Shown: positions 26,111-38,626 of the stretch, in pieces
How the letters are laid out: each line of letters starts with the position of its first letter
How positions within the stretch are numbered: position 1 is the first letter of the stretch
From: Octopus sinensis
Lineage: Eukaryota
Assembly (NCBI RefSeq): GCF_006345805.1
Contig: NW_021834880.1
Location: forward strand, 1 to 47,930
Length of the DNA: 47,930 nucleotides
Direction: 5' to 3'
Program-made: the position numbers and the translations under genes
The notes under the pieces: model-generated
The model's database searches: none
Seen by the model: only the letters and a program-made list of their open reading frames with translations
What the model was told of the DNA's origin: nothing

Positions 26111-26854
26111 TTTTACTCTTTGATATGTATTATATTAACAGTTGGACTTTACCCTTTGGCCTGCTCAAAGTAGGCATCTGCCACATCACGTCTCTAGCAT
26201 AGCTGCAAGAATGATGTGCATTGCTCAACCCCGGCCAAACCTACGAAAAAATATGTTTTTGGTCCTCGTAGATGATAGCATGTGAGGATAATGGCTCAAG
26301 CCACGTCTAGTAACTAAGTAGTAGTAGTAGTATCATCATGTAGAATATGGCTTGAAATAGATAATGGCACTAAGGAGGAAATCTAAACTTAATAGCGTAA
26401 AGAATCTGGCATCCTCTCGGTAAATGTCCGAGTTCAAAGAACGACATGAAAGTAAATATAACTGCAGCTTACGAAATGGTACCATCTGAAGGATGACGCC
26501 TCCCAGAAGAAAATAGCAAAGAAATTGCATGACTGCAATTGGTAAAACATGCTGCTCGAGAATGGCATCGACCCAAGGAGCGAGTACATAGAAAGTAGAA
26601 TTAATCCAAAGATAGACCTTCCATGTAAGACAGACAATGGTCTTTTATTAACAGGAAGCGTTTATTATATACTCCCTATTTTATTTTGATTGATTGAAAC
26701 TCATAATTTAGCCCAAATATTAAACACTAAAGTATCGATTATTTTCTCCTAATAATTATAGGAATCAGCTATGTTGCTATGGAACGTCATATAGAGAGGG
26801 GGAGGGGAGAGGAGAGAGAAAGAGAAAGCGAGAGAGATAGAAAGAGAGAGAGGA

Positions 26855-27545
26855 GAGAAGAGAAGAGAAGAGAGAGAGATATTGAGCCAAAGGGAAAGAT
26901 ATGGTGAACCTGAGAGAGAGAGGGGGGATGGTGAGAGAGGGGAGAGAGAGAACCAGATAAAGACAGGGTGAGCCAGAGAGAGAGAGAGATGGGGAATCAG
27001 AGAGAGAGGGGGAGAGAGATGGTAAGTAAGAGAGAGAGATAGAGAGAGGGAGGGAGGAAGAGAGAGGAAGAGAGAGAGATAGAGATGATAAATCAGAGAG
27101 AGAGAGAGAGACAGTAAGAGAGCGTGATAAACGAGAGAGAAAGAGAGAACGCTGGTACGCCAGAACGTGTGAGAGATGGCTAGCCAGAAAGAAGAGAGAG
27201 AGAGAGAAGAGAAGAGAAGAGAGAGAGATATTGAGCCAAGGGAAAGATATGGTGAACCTGAGAGAGAGAGGGGGGATGGTGAGAGAGGGGAGAGAGAGAA
27301 CCAGATAAAGACAGGGTGAGCCAGAGAGAGAGAGAGATGGGGAATCAGAGAGAGAGGGGGAGAGAGATGGTAAGTAAGAGAGAGAGATAGAGAGAGGGAG
27401 GGAGGAAGAGAGAGGAAGAGAGAGAGATAGAGATGATAAATCAGAGAGAGAGAGAGAGACAGTAAGAGAGCGTGATAAACGAGAGAGAAAGAGAGAACGC
27501 TGGTACGCCAGAACGTGTGAGAGATGGCTAGCCAGAAAGAGAGAG
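26855..27545. repeat. Near-identical tandem duplication (about 349-bp unit) of a GA-rich tract
   Basis: attgagccaa...gatggctagccagaaag at 26881-27190 is repeated at 27230-27540. Confidence 0.9.
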
Positions 27546-28096
27546 AGAGAGAAAGAGACGGTTAGCTAGAGAGAAAGAAAAAGAGAGAGAGAGAGAGAGA
27601 GAGATTGAGAGTGAAAGACCTTTTGAGCTAATTATGTTAACACTTTCGTGTAACCATGGTGATGTCACGGTTGAAGTATAATAAAATCAATTAAAAATAT
27701 CTTCATATTTCATCATAGTTCTAATTGGTCAATGCAGAAATTTCTAGATGGTGTACTTGGTGTGTTTGATGATTGAAAATAGGGAAGCAAAACAAAATGG
27801 CAGGGGTGGGGCGATGTTAAAAGAATACGGATATATTGGGGTGGATGCATCAAGAGCATGTTCTATTCATTCATTTGTCTTTTGTTAATCGCATACGTTG
27901 ACAGGTTGTAAATACATCGTATTGAAATTGTAACCTATATATTGATCTAAAACGATACTTTCAGTTAAGAGCGGTTTATCAGAGTATTGATACCCTTTAA
28001 GGGAATATGTAGCTATATAGCTTCCCTTCACGAAACGCAGATTTTCTCTGAGTTCTGCAGGTAGGAATATCAATTAAACTGTGTAACATGATTTTT

Positions 28097-28538
28097 CTCT
28101 TTGGGTAGCAACTGTAATTTCCTATTGTAATTTCCTAGAAATTATGAAAATTGGCTAATATTTCCTTCAAACTTTGATTTTGTTACATTTATTCAATCCC
28201 CAAATTTATTCAATCCCTCTCAGTACATGGCTACGATGTTCCCCCACTACTTCTGCTCATGATCAGAGATGCATATATTGTCAACCACCAAAGGACATGT
28301 TCAACTGGTTATGGTCAAATGACTGACAAGCAAATCTGTAGTATTGAGGAGAATATATACTATAACGATGTTTCTGCTTCAACAACTCAGCGGTGAATGT
28401 CTCTGAAATGTAATGGAAAATAGGTCAATTTCAAAACATTGATGTCCAAGTCACAAGAGCAAAGTTTGAAGGGAATAGTAGTCATTTCCTTTAATTTCTA
28501 GGTAGAAACAAATAGGAAATAACACTTACTGACCAGAG
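28097..28538. mobile_element. MITE with about 85-bp imperfect inverted termini
   Basis: atttcctattg...cctagaaatta...tttccttcaaactttg (28097-28185) versus caaagtttgaaggga...taatttctagg...aataggaaat (28451-28538). Confidence 0.6.
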
Positions 28539-28571
28539 ACAGAAAAAAAGCAGTAATAATAATAATAATAA

Positions 28572-28675
28572 TCCTTTCTACTAAAGGCACAAGGCCTGAA
28601 ATTTGGGGGAAGGGACTAGTCGATTATATCGACACCAGAGTTTCACTAGTACCAATTTATCGACACCGAAAGGTC
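28572..28675 (-). mobile_element. SINE family D, 3' fragment with (TAA)n tail
   Basis: ctttctactaaaggcacaaggcctgaaatttggggg...gtcgattatatcgac. Confidence 0.7.
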
Positions 28676-28690
28676 TCGATAAATTCACTA

Positions 28691-29280
28691 TACACTCACT
28701 ATAAATATACGTTGTGCTGAAATCGAGGAAAGCTAGCCAACAGAATTTTCTTTTAAAGTTCGTTATTTCTATATTGAATCAATTTCGGGATTAATCTTAT
28801 AGATTCTTCCCTCTTCAGTAGAAAATACGATAAGAAATAAATGAAATACTTATACGCACCCATGGAAAAAAGCACAAGCAAGAGTCATAAGTACACATAA
28901 GTACCCCAGTTATATCTAAATGCAAAATCCTTTAGCTAGCCTCAGCACACGTGTGAACTATTCTGAATCACAACTTATAGTGGTTACCAGTCCCTAAGTG
29001 AATGGTAATAAATCTACTACTAATATAGGATAACATTTTTTTCAGAAAAAAATTCATCAAAAGTGAAGAGGAAAGAATTTATAAGATTAATCCCGAAATT
29101 GATTCAATATAGAAATAACGAACTTTTTAAAAAAATTCTGTTGGCTAGCTTTCTTCGATTTCAGCACAACGTGTATTTATAGTGAATGTAAAATGAAATG
29201 TGGAAATTGACGATTTAAAGTCTGTTATCAGCATATTGGCATAGAAATAATCTTTCTTTTGCCCTTGTTTATAAGTTGTT
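28691..29280. mobile_element. Second non-coding PLE-type element with inverted arms carrying hammerheads
   Basis: 28691-28818 is the reverse complement of 29064-29190. The element ends in (AT)n at 29281-29327, shared with the 3' end of the large PLE. Confidence 0.75.
28765..28826 (-). ncRNA. Type I hammerhead ribozyme (predicted cleavage after AUA)
   Basis: Minus strand UUUCUA-CUGAAGA-GGGA-ag-AAUCU(AUA)AGAUU-aa-UCCC-GAAA-UUG(AUU)CAA-UA-UAGAAA. Complete core, all three stems. The + strand copy at 29064-29117 lacks C3 and the 5' strand of stem I. Confidence 0.9.
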
Positions 29281-29297
29281 ATATATATATATATTAT

Positions 29298-29328
<31 letters not shown>

Positions 29329-29439
29329 TGTTATATTTCGGAATGGTCATTTTGCCAGTTTAGCCAATAAAAACACACGTATTTGGTGTTATTTTGCTTC
29401 ATTGTTATTTATTTTTTACATTAATCTTAATCTTATTTC

Positions 29440-29484
29440 GGCCAGAGTTCTTTCGTCACACTCCTGTGACCGCATCAGTGGTCC
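29440..29484 (-). ncRNA. Minimal hammerhead-like motif in the PLE pLTR (variant core CUGAUGC)
   Basis: GGACCA-CUGAUGCG-GUCACA(GGAG)UGUGAC-GAAA-G(AA)C-UC-UGGCC, on the same strand as the ORF; identical at 46680-46724. Confidence 0.65.
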
Positions 29485-29877
29485 TTTGTTTTCTTCTTTC
29501 TTATTTGTGTCTCCCCTTACTAACCGTCAGCCATTTTGTATTTCTATTGTATGTCTTCATTTGCGCATGTTTATATCTCTATGTGCGTTTATGTTTATTT
29601 AGTGTGTGTATGTGGGGGGATGCCTGTAATATTTGTTTCTTCTGTTTATATATGTTCATGTAATTTGTATTTTGTTTTTTGTTTTTGTTGTTTTTTGTTT
29701 ATTCTTATTTTGTTCATGTGTTTACATCCACTTATTATTATCATTACATATGCTTGTATGTATAACAACAATACTAGTAATAATAATAATAAATCGAATC
29801 GAAAATATATATATATATATAATATATAAATAAAAAATTAAAAAATTAAAAAGTTAAAAGAAAAATCTACACACACA

Positions 29878-29977
<100 letters not shown>

Positions 29978-30059
29978 CATACATATACATATATATAGCT
30001 ATTTATTTCTATTAGTTTATTTATCTGTGTATTTATTATGTTTTCATGATCCTCTATTG

Positions 30060-32550
30060 TCATATGTTGTGGCATGTGTTAGTGCTCCATTCTAGTTTTC
30101 TATTCAGGCTAGGTTTATTTTCTACTATGTATGTAGCTTCTGTAATTTGTCTAATTGTTGCATCTGATCTATGTGTGGATAATATTTTAATTTCTATGTT
30201 ATTGATTGATCCCCCGTGTTCCTGTTTGGCGTGTTGGTACAGAATCGATGAGCTTTTACCTTCCTTGAGTTGTCTCCAATGCTCATTTACCCGCTCTCCT
30301 ATGCTTCTTGCCGTTTCCCCTACGTATGGCGTTGTCTTGTTACTGCATCGTCCCTCTATACATCTTATACTATAGACTACATTTCTGGCTTTACAGTTTG
30401 TTTGTGGGCTAAATCTACATACAGTAGTTATCTGTACAGGGTGTTTTACTAAAAGGATAGGTTCTACCAATTATAGATTTGATAGGGTTGCCTGGCTTTT
30501 CAACAACCTTAATTCTTAGTTTAAGTTTGTCTAGGGTCCTTCTAAAGCGGTACGCCAGTTCACCTCCAGGGGTGGTGTCAACGAACATGACACTCTGGTA
30601 TTTATGGCTATCATACCAAGAGTTGGCCTTCCCTATTTTCTTTTTGTCCTTTCTATAGTGTTCCATGACTTGTTCCTATAGAGTGGGCAAATCCCATTCC
30701 TATCATTACATAATATATTATCAAATTTCTTAATGGCTCCTTTGTATACTCTGATCCTTTCTTTATGGCTGTAACCTGAGAACTGCATGCGGTGAATGAA
30801 ATATTGTATGTGTCTCTTTAACTCTGTAGGCTCGCACATGCGTGACACATTTCTCATTATTCTGACGAGGTCTGCCATCAAAATATTGAATTTGGCATTG
30901 TCGCAATGGCTGAGTTCCGGTGGATCAAGTATTTTGAGGCCATAGGTTTGGCATAGTATGAATGAAGGATTTGGGTTTTATTATTCACAATTTTTAGCCA
31001 GAGTTCGGTGTCTAGTACTGGTAGTCTATGGTTGGGGTGTTTAGTGGGGTAGTCTATTGTGACCTTAATACTCTGGTGGATGGAGTTAGCTATTTGCTGG
31101 ATGCTCTCCATAGTATTAGTTTCTATTACTATATCAACATTACTCTCTTGTGGGGGTGCCTTTACCACTATGTTGATATCATCAACATAGCGAGAGTACA
31201 TGTTTACGAGTATGGAGTTCTGTGTTAGGCGTTCTTTAAGCCTTCTGTCCCACCATACCATGAAAAGGTTGGCCACATCACCAGCGATACTAACGCCGAT
31301 GGCTGCCCCCTCGTCCTGGGCATATATTTTATTATTAAACTTAAACGTGTGGCCTTTTAGGGTAACTCTTATACTAGCTCCTAGTGCATGTGTGATCATT
31401 TTCTTTATCTGATGGACATTTGCGGGGCTCCGTATGGCTCTGGTCCATCCGCGCCATCTTTCTATATGTGTCTTCCTAGCCATAGAAGTAATTGTGGGCG
31501 GTCTACCTCTTAAACATCTACTGGGGCAGAAACTACTAAGATTATGTTTATCTAAGTATTCATAATTACATGTCAGTCTAAGTAGGAGGCCCAGTTCTTC
31601 TGTGTTGACATTACAGAACTCCACCTGGCTCTCATTGATCATCTCCACGCACTTCTCCACCGCAAAATCTACGTCGATCGATGGGTATAGGGATACCACA
31701 TCCATGCTACCCACCATACATTCTGTCAGGTCACAAGTGCTGTTACAGTCATCGATCCTGCCGAGGAGATCTTCTGTGCTGTCACAAACATCAGGTGACA
31801 TCCGGATTATAGGGCGTATGATCATTGAGAGGAAGTAGGAGATTCTGTAATTGCTAGCGATATTCGCTCCACAGACTGGTCTTGTTGGTGGTCCTACTAT
31901 AGGGTCAGTAATTTCTTTATGGTCCTTGCGAAGTCCATACAGTGCCGGGATATCATTGTTCCAGGCTTGGAAATTATTTGCTGTACGTTTCTGGGGTCCC
32001 AGAACAATTGTCCACATCATTATGTGGGCGTTGAGGATCTTTTCTCTCTCCTCGTGTGCCTGTACAGTTGTTATTTTCGTATTGGCGATATGAGGTTGCA
32101 TTGCCTGGATGTAGTTCGGTAAGCTGTCTATTGACATCTTGCCGGACTTATCTGTGAGACGGCATACCACCTCTCCGTTCCTCGTGCGCTGAATGAGCTT
32201 ATGTAGGCCACATGCAGGTTTAATCCCGAGTTGTTGGGCCTCTGTCTTATTCTGTCTCTGTCTCTTAGTGTATAATCTAAAATCTGTCTAAGTTTGGTCC
32301 TAGCTATAGTGAACTGTGCTTCCATGTGGTCATTAGTATGTCTTGGGATGAGAGACTCTTTTGTTGAAGGGTAATGTTGTTGGATAAATCCGGCTCATGC
32401 AGTAAGTTTTGTCACATACGTTGAAGAATTGAGTGTCAAAGGGGTGGGTATACATGTCAATGGTCATTCTAGGGTTATCTTCATTATCGTTACTGTTTCC
32501 ATCATCAGCCTCCTATTATTATTACTACCATTACCACTACTATTATTATT
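30060..32550 (-). pseudogene. PLE polyprotein (RT, Cys linker, GIY-YIG endonuclease), split by frameshifts
   Basis: TDKSGK, LYGLRKDHK..PTRPV, SMDVVSLYPSI, QDEGAAIG, YSRYVDD, LPVLD, YAKP; linker PCTDNYC/VCRFSPQTNC; VVYSIRC...YVGETAR...RVNEH; ITEATYIVENKPSLN. The main open segment is 30878-32170 (430 aa). Confidence 0.95.
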
Positions 32551-32764
32551 ACCATTCCGAAATATAACAATATCTGTTTCAACACACGACTTCACATAAA
32601 AAATCTTGCACAGCAAATATTTAAACGTATATATATATATAAGACTAGACTTGTTTTCTAATAATATCTTCATTTAGTTTACTTTTATTTACTTATCTAG
32701 AACTTTCTGAGTCAAGACCATGCTGGATCGTCAACTTCATGCATACATATGTGTATTATATCAT

Positions 32765-32863
32765 ATCATATTATATTATATTATATTATATTATATTATA
32801 TTATATTATATTATATTATATTATATTATATTATATTATATTATATTATATTATATTATATTA
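32765..32863. repeat. (ATATT)n pentanucleotide microsatellite
   Basis: Direct inspection. Confidence 0.95.
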
Positions 32864-34092
32864 TCCTAGATTAAAAGCTTCACTCTGCGCGAACTTTTAG
32901 TATGTCTCCTGTAAAGGGCTATTTGGGCCTGCGGCCCAAAACTAACGGTAACAATGATAATAAAGTATTTATCGGTAGCCTATCCATATGGTATTACTAT
33001 AAATCCTGTTTAAATGAAAAACTCGTCAGTTCACAACTTTTTGGAGTTCTTATAAAATGTGAATAGAAGATATATATATATATATATACGCATACATATA
33101 TATCTACACCACCGCTTGATAACTGGTGTTGCTGTGATTAGTTTCACTTAACTTAGTGGTTCGGTAAAAGAAACCAAAAAAAAGTACCAGTATAAAAATA
33201 AAGAACTGGTATTGATTTGTTCGATTAAAATTCTTGAAGATGATACCCCAGAGTAGCCGCAATCTGACGAATGAAAAAGATAAAAGAACTGCTAAATTCC
33301 TTAGTAAAACCTAAAGCTAAGAGAGGTAACTCTTGTACTATGGCCCTGAAGCCTCTCACGGTCGCTTCACCCGCTAGAAATATCAGCGCGAAGTTTTCAA
33401 AATCATATCTCGATGCTCTGTGTTCAAGAAACAAGTAAAGGGCAGGTTTTCAATCCCGGGATCATCCTGGTTCCCGAAAGATATATATCTATGTTGAGCA
33501 AATGCAGGGGTCCCAGACGGACAGACAGAATTTCGCTTTTATTAACATTAATAATTGTAAAATAGAGGAAATAAAATAAATCTTGGCAAATTGATCTAGA
33601 AGAATCTCTGCATCTCTTTGGTTAAACAAATCACTCAGAAAATTCCAGGTAACTCAACTGCATAATTCAACAATTTGCACAGAGCTAAACGTTTGTTTAC
33701 TGGCCTTGACTGGCAATTTCTTCACCTTAAGGATGTAAGCCAGATTTATGGTAACGCTTATATGCATCTACTACTAGTTGCATATCCTTGACGTTTTGCA
33801 CACTCCATCTGCCAGTATTACAAATATTTCGTAATTCCGACCTCCCAGAAACAGGTGTCGCACCTCAAATACCATATCCTCTCCCCGTACGATTCTGTAT
33901 CTTTTGTACTCCAAGCAAACTTGTTCTGTAAATAAATATCTATAAGCTTCTAGACATCAGTGTTCAACTATTTTCAGTTTATTGTTTTTCTCTGTCTGTC
34001 TGTCTGTCTCTCTCTCTATCTCTATATATATATATATATATATATATAATTTCAAATCATTTATGCACTACTACGTGTTTCTATATTGAGGA

Positions 34093-34160
<68 letters not shown>

Positions 34161-34176
34161 GATATATATATATATA

Positions 34177-34578
34177 GGCGCAGGAGTGGCTGTGTTGTAA
34201 GTAGCTTGTTTACAAACCACATGGTTCCGGGTTCAGTCCCACTGCGTGGCACCTTGGGCAAGTGTCTTCTACTATAGCTCGGGCCGACCAAAGCCTTGTG
34301 AGTGGATTGGTAGACGGAAAACTGAAAGAAGCCCGTCGTATATATGTATATATATATATGCGTGTGTGTGGTTGGGTGTCTGTGTTTGTCCCCCTAGCAT
34401 TGCTTGACAACGATGCGTGTGTTTATGTCCCCGTTTTTATTCGGTTCGGCAAAACAGACCGATAGAATAAGTACTGGGCTTACAAAAGAATAAGTCCCGG
34501 GGTCGAGTTGCTCGATGAAAGGTGGTGCTCCAGCATGGCCGTAGTCAAATGACTGAAACAAGTAAAAGAGTAAAAGAG
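34177..34578 (+). mobile_element. SINE family A, near full length
   Basis: ggcgcaggagtggctgtgttgtaagtagcttg...gactgaaacaagtaaaagagtaaaagag, between (CT)n/(AT)n and (TAGA)n. Confidence 0.92.
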
Positions 34579-34581
34579 TAT

Positions 34582-34748
<167 letters not shown>

Positions 34749-35079
34749 ACACACAGATTTGTTTATGTGTGTGCATGCGTGCCAGTATTCGCGAGTTCGT
34801 AAAACGACATCAGCCGAATCTGCGCGTACAATAATACTAAAACCGCACCAAACGTTTACATATGTGTGTATGCTAATATGCTGGTGAAGCACAAAATTTC
34901 CTCTCTGCGTCTATAGAATACATCACTGAAAGTAAATATACATGACTGTGTCTGTGAGTATGGTTAATCTTAAAGAGTTTGAGAACGATTATTTCTGATC
35001 CAGTGATTATCAAGAATGGTCGTTCATTTCAAAATTCTAACCTATTGCAGTTATTGTAAACCATTCCTTTAGTGATTCA

Positions 35080-35101
35080 TGTATGTATGTAAGTATATAT
35101 G

Positions 35102-35135
<34 letters not shown>

Positions 35136-35716
35136 TGTATGTATGTATGTATGTATGTATGTATGTATGAATGAATGTATGTATATACGTATGTATGTAC
35201 ATATGCATGTATATATGTGTGCTGTTATGTACTTATTTATGTATGTAAATCATTCCTTTAGTGATTCTCCAATTATGTATGTATGTACGTATATATATAT
35301 GTGTTTTTTTATGCACTTACCTACGTATGTATTCATGTATGTATGTATATTTATATGTATGTGTTTATGTATGTATACATGTATGTAGGTATGTATATAT
35401 AGATATATGTAAGTATGTCTATATGTATGTTTTTATGTACATATTTATATATGTATGCATGTATGTTTATATGTATGCATATGTGTATGTATGTATGTAC
35501 GTATGTATGTATATATGTGTGTTTTATGCACTTATTTATGTATATATTCATGCATGTATATATGTTTATATGTATGCGTTTATGTATGTATACATTTTTT
35601 TAGGTATGTGTGTATGTTTTTATGTATGTATGCTTGTATGTAAGTATGTCTATATGTATGTATCAATGTATCAGTGTTTTTATGTACATTTATATATGTA
35701 TGCATGTATGTTTATA

Positions 35717-35752
<36 letters not shown>

Positions 35753-35790
35753 TGTTTGTATATATGTATGTATGTATGTATACATGTATG
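35080..35790. repeat. Degenerate (TATG)n low-complexity tract
   Basis: Direct inspection; source of the MYVC ORFs. Confidence 0.9.
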
Positions 35791-36429
35791 TGCATACTAT
35801 TATAACCACACTGTTACTGAAGCCATCTCCTGTGACGAATAGGGCAAAAGCTTCCGATTCACTTCCGGTTCACAGAAATCACTTTAACTAACGTGACATT
35901 TTGGAAGCGAAAGATATATCTAGAAATTTCTTAACCGATGCCTACTATAGTTTTTGGAATATTTTTAGAGTGAAAGAGATAACAGTATAATGTTAAGGAG
36001 GGAAATTACAAAGGACAGAAAATGAACGAGAAAAAACGTTAGAAAGACAAAGATATGGAAGGCAGGGAAGGAAACACCATTTGAAAATTGCAGATTGATG
36101 TAAAAGAAATCGAAAATATACGATTAAATTTGTGATTGAGTAACTTCCATAATTTTCTCTTAGTCGATTCGGTCATTTCACTGTAGTAAATTGTGAGAAT
36201 TCTTCTAATCCTACAAAGAATCTTAATAATTTTCCTCTCCATCAAACCTTTTTATAGGATGAAAGTTTTTCAGTTACAGAAATAACAGATCTGCTGAATG
36301 ACACTGGTTCCATCGCTGTCTGTCTATCTAGTTTCATTTCACATTTTTTCTTTCACTTTCCTTCTCTCTTTCTCTCTCTTCCTCTCTCTCCCTCTCTCTC
36401 TCTTTCTCTTTGTATGTATATATATATTC

Positions 36430-36647
36430 TTTTATTTGTTTACTTGTTTCGGTCATTTGACTATGACCATGCTGGAGCAGCGCCTTTAGTCGAACAAATC
36501 GACCATAAGACTTATTCTTTGTAAACCTAGTACTTATTCTATCGGTCTCTTTTGACAAACCGCTAAGTTACGGGGAGGTTAGCACTCCAGCATCGGTTGT
36601 CAAGTGATGTGCGGCGGACAAACACAGACACACAAACACACACAAAC

Positions 36648-36678
<31 letters not shown>

Positions 36679-36840
36679 CGACGGGCTTCTTTCAGTTTCC
36701 GTCTACCAAATTCACTCACAAGGCTTTGGTCGGCCCGGGCCTATAGTAGTAGACAGCTGCCTATGGTGCCATGCAATGGGACTGAACCCAGAACCATGTG
36801 GGAGGTAACCAAAGTTCTTACCACAAAGCATGCCTGCGCC
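36430..36840 (-). mobile_element. SINE family A, near full length
   Basis: tttacttgtttcggtcatttgac...acgacgggcttctttcagtttccg...cctgcgcc. Confidence 0.9.
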
Positions 36841-36853
36841 TATTTATATATAT

Positions 36854-37114
36854 AACACGTAGAGTCCGCAGAACTGGAATGAAAGAAATTATTATAGAGT
36901 TGTCCTTGACATAGTCAAAATTAGAACCATATTTCTTACACAGACCTCGTGCATTTATCTGATATATATATATCATATATTATTATATATATATTTATAG
37001 ATATATATATATATATATATATATTATCCTATATTATCTAATATATATATATATATAATATATATATATATATATTATATATATATATATATATATCTAT
37101 ATATATAATATATA

Positions 37115-37146
<32 letters not shown>

Positions 37147-37255
37147 CAGAATAAATGCACGAGTCTTTGTAAGAAATATGGTCTAATTTTGACTAATGTC
37201 AAGACAACTCTATAATTAATTTCTTTCATTCCATTTCTGCGGCACTCTACGTGTT
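36854..37255. repeat. Inverted duplication (about 110-bp arms) around an (AT)n core
   Basis: 36854-36962 is the reverse complement of 37146-37255, differing mostly by 1-nt indels. Confidence 0.9.
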
Positions 37256-37269
37256 TAGTTTGGGTGAAT

Positions 37270-38020
37270 TTAGGACATGGGAAACACAACCATTATATGG
37301 ATTCCTTGCCATAATGAGAATTCCTCTGCCAATCTCAAACTTAAAATTTGTCAATTTTCCTTTAGAATACATCACGTAGATGTTTGAAATATTTTTCGAC
37401 AAGATATTGAAAAGCTGTGGGCTTCTGAATTCAAAGTTGTTAAAGCATTGTTACATTATTCTAGATCTGTGGTTCCCAAAGCGGACGGTACTGACCCACT
37501 GGAGGCGATGAAGGAAAGTGGAGCAACAATGGGGTGGCCGAAAAGGGGCGATGGTTGTAAAAACAACAAAATAATGGGTTAATTAGATTAAGTTTTATTT
37601 GTGAAATACGGTTGTTTTAAATTTATTGTAGAAAGTGGAAGTCGTCTATGTTTGTGGTAATGAGTGGAGTGTGGAGCAAGGAATGTGGCCTGGGTACCAA
37701 GTGGACGGGAGACCGAAAAAGTTTGTGAAGCACTGCTCTAGATGAAGCGGGTGGGATTATTGTTACAATAAAGTGGTGTCCATTTCGGGAATTGGTGAGG
37801 CCTTCAATCCTAAAGTTAGGCGCTAGACACTCCAGAATCTTCTACATGTAAATATTTCACCGCGTATCTTTGACGTCATCGCTCCTGGGAGAAGAGCCTC
37901 GATTCTTTTAGTCTTTCCGACAAGGTAGCTTAGCTCATACGTGGAACTGATGTAACCATCTTGGGATAAGGGCGTTCGACCGAGAAGGTTGTCTCAGTGC
38001 AGCACACGAGCCGCTGCTGC
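37270..38020 (-). mobile_element. Decayed CR1-type LINE 3' fragment interrupted by a MITE
   Basis: Minus strand ERLKESRLFSQER*RQRYAV / KILECLAPNFRIE / FRSPQLFNIL resembles the CR1 ORF2 C-terminus (ERL..L.L.SLERRR.RY...WKILE...PN; GP.LFN.LP). Confidence 0.7.
37467..37735. mobile_element. hAT-Charlie-type MITE
   Basis: TIRs ctgtggttcccaaa / tttgtgaagcactg; TSD ttctagat / ctctagat. Confidence 0.8.
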
Positions 38021-38023
38021 CGG

Positions 38024-38066
<43 letters not shown>

Positions 38067-38356
38067 CACGCATATGCACACAGACATATGCATTAGTACA
38101 TACACATACATATACATACACACGCATATATATATGTATAAATATTTATATATATCTTACCTATATAAAAGGATGTTCACCTACAATCGTTCACGCGCAT
38201 CCTATGCACATATATATACATATATGCATATCTTTATATATATATGTCTATGAGTACACACCTACACACATATACACAACCTCACACATGCACAACATCA
38301 CACATGCACAACATCACACATATATGTGTGTATGTACGTGTGAGTGAGTGTGCGTA

Positions 38357-38395
<39 letters not shown>

Positions 38396-38626
38396 ATTCA
38401 AGTTCATGTAAAATAACTTGGGAATATCTGGGACAGATGCTAAGATTAGTTGCTTTACATGTTAATCTAAAAGTCTGATCTCTCTTATCACTGAGATGAT
38501 GTCTACACGTGGATTGTGTCAAAGAAATCTACCAAAGATTGGTGCCGCTTCGCAGAAGACAAGGAATTTTGATGGTGAAACAGAAGTGCTACCCTCTTTA
38601 CGCTATAAGACTGGCTGCGATAGAAA

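Noticed and set aside
26340-26640. Possible RTE C-terminal remnant
   Set aside because: Too decayed for a supported call.
32490-32515. Minus-strand CTGATGA-tg-GAAA
   Set aside because: No stem II or stem I; it is PLE coding sequence (ADDGNS).
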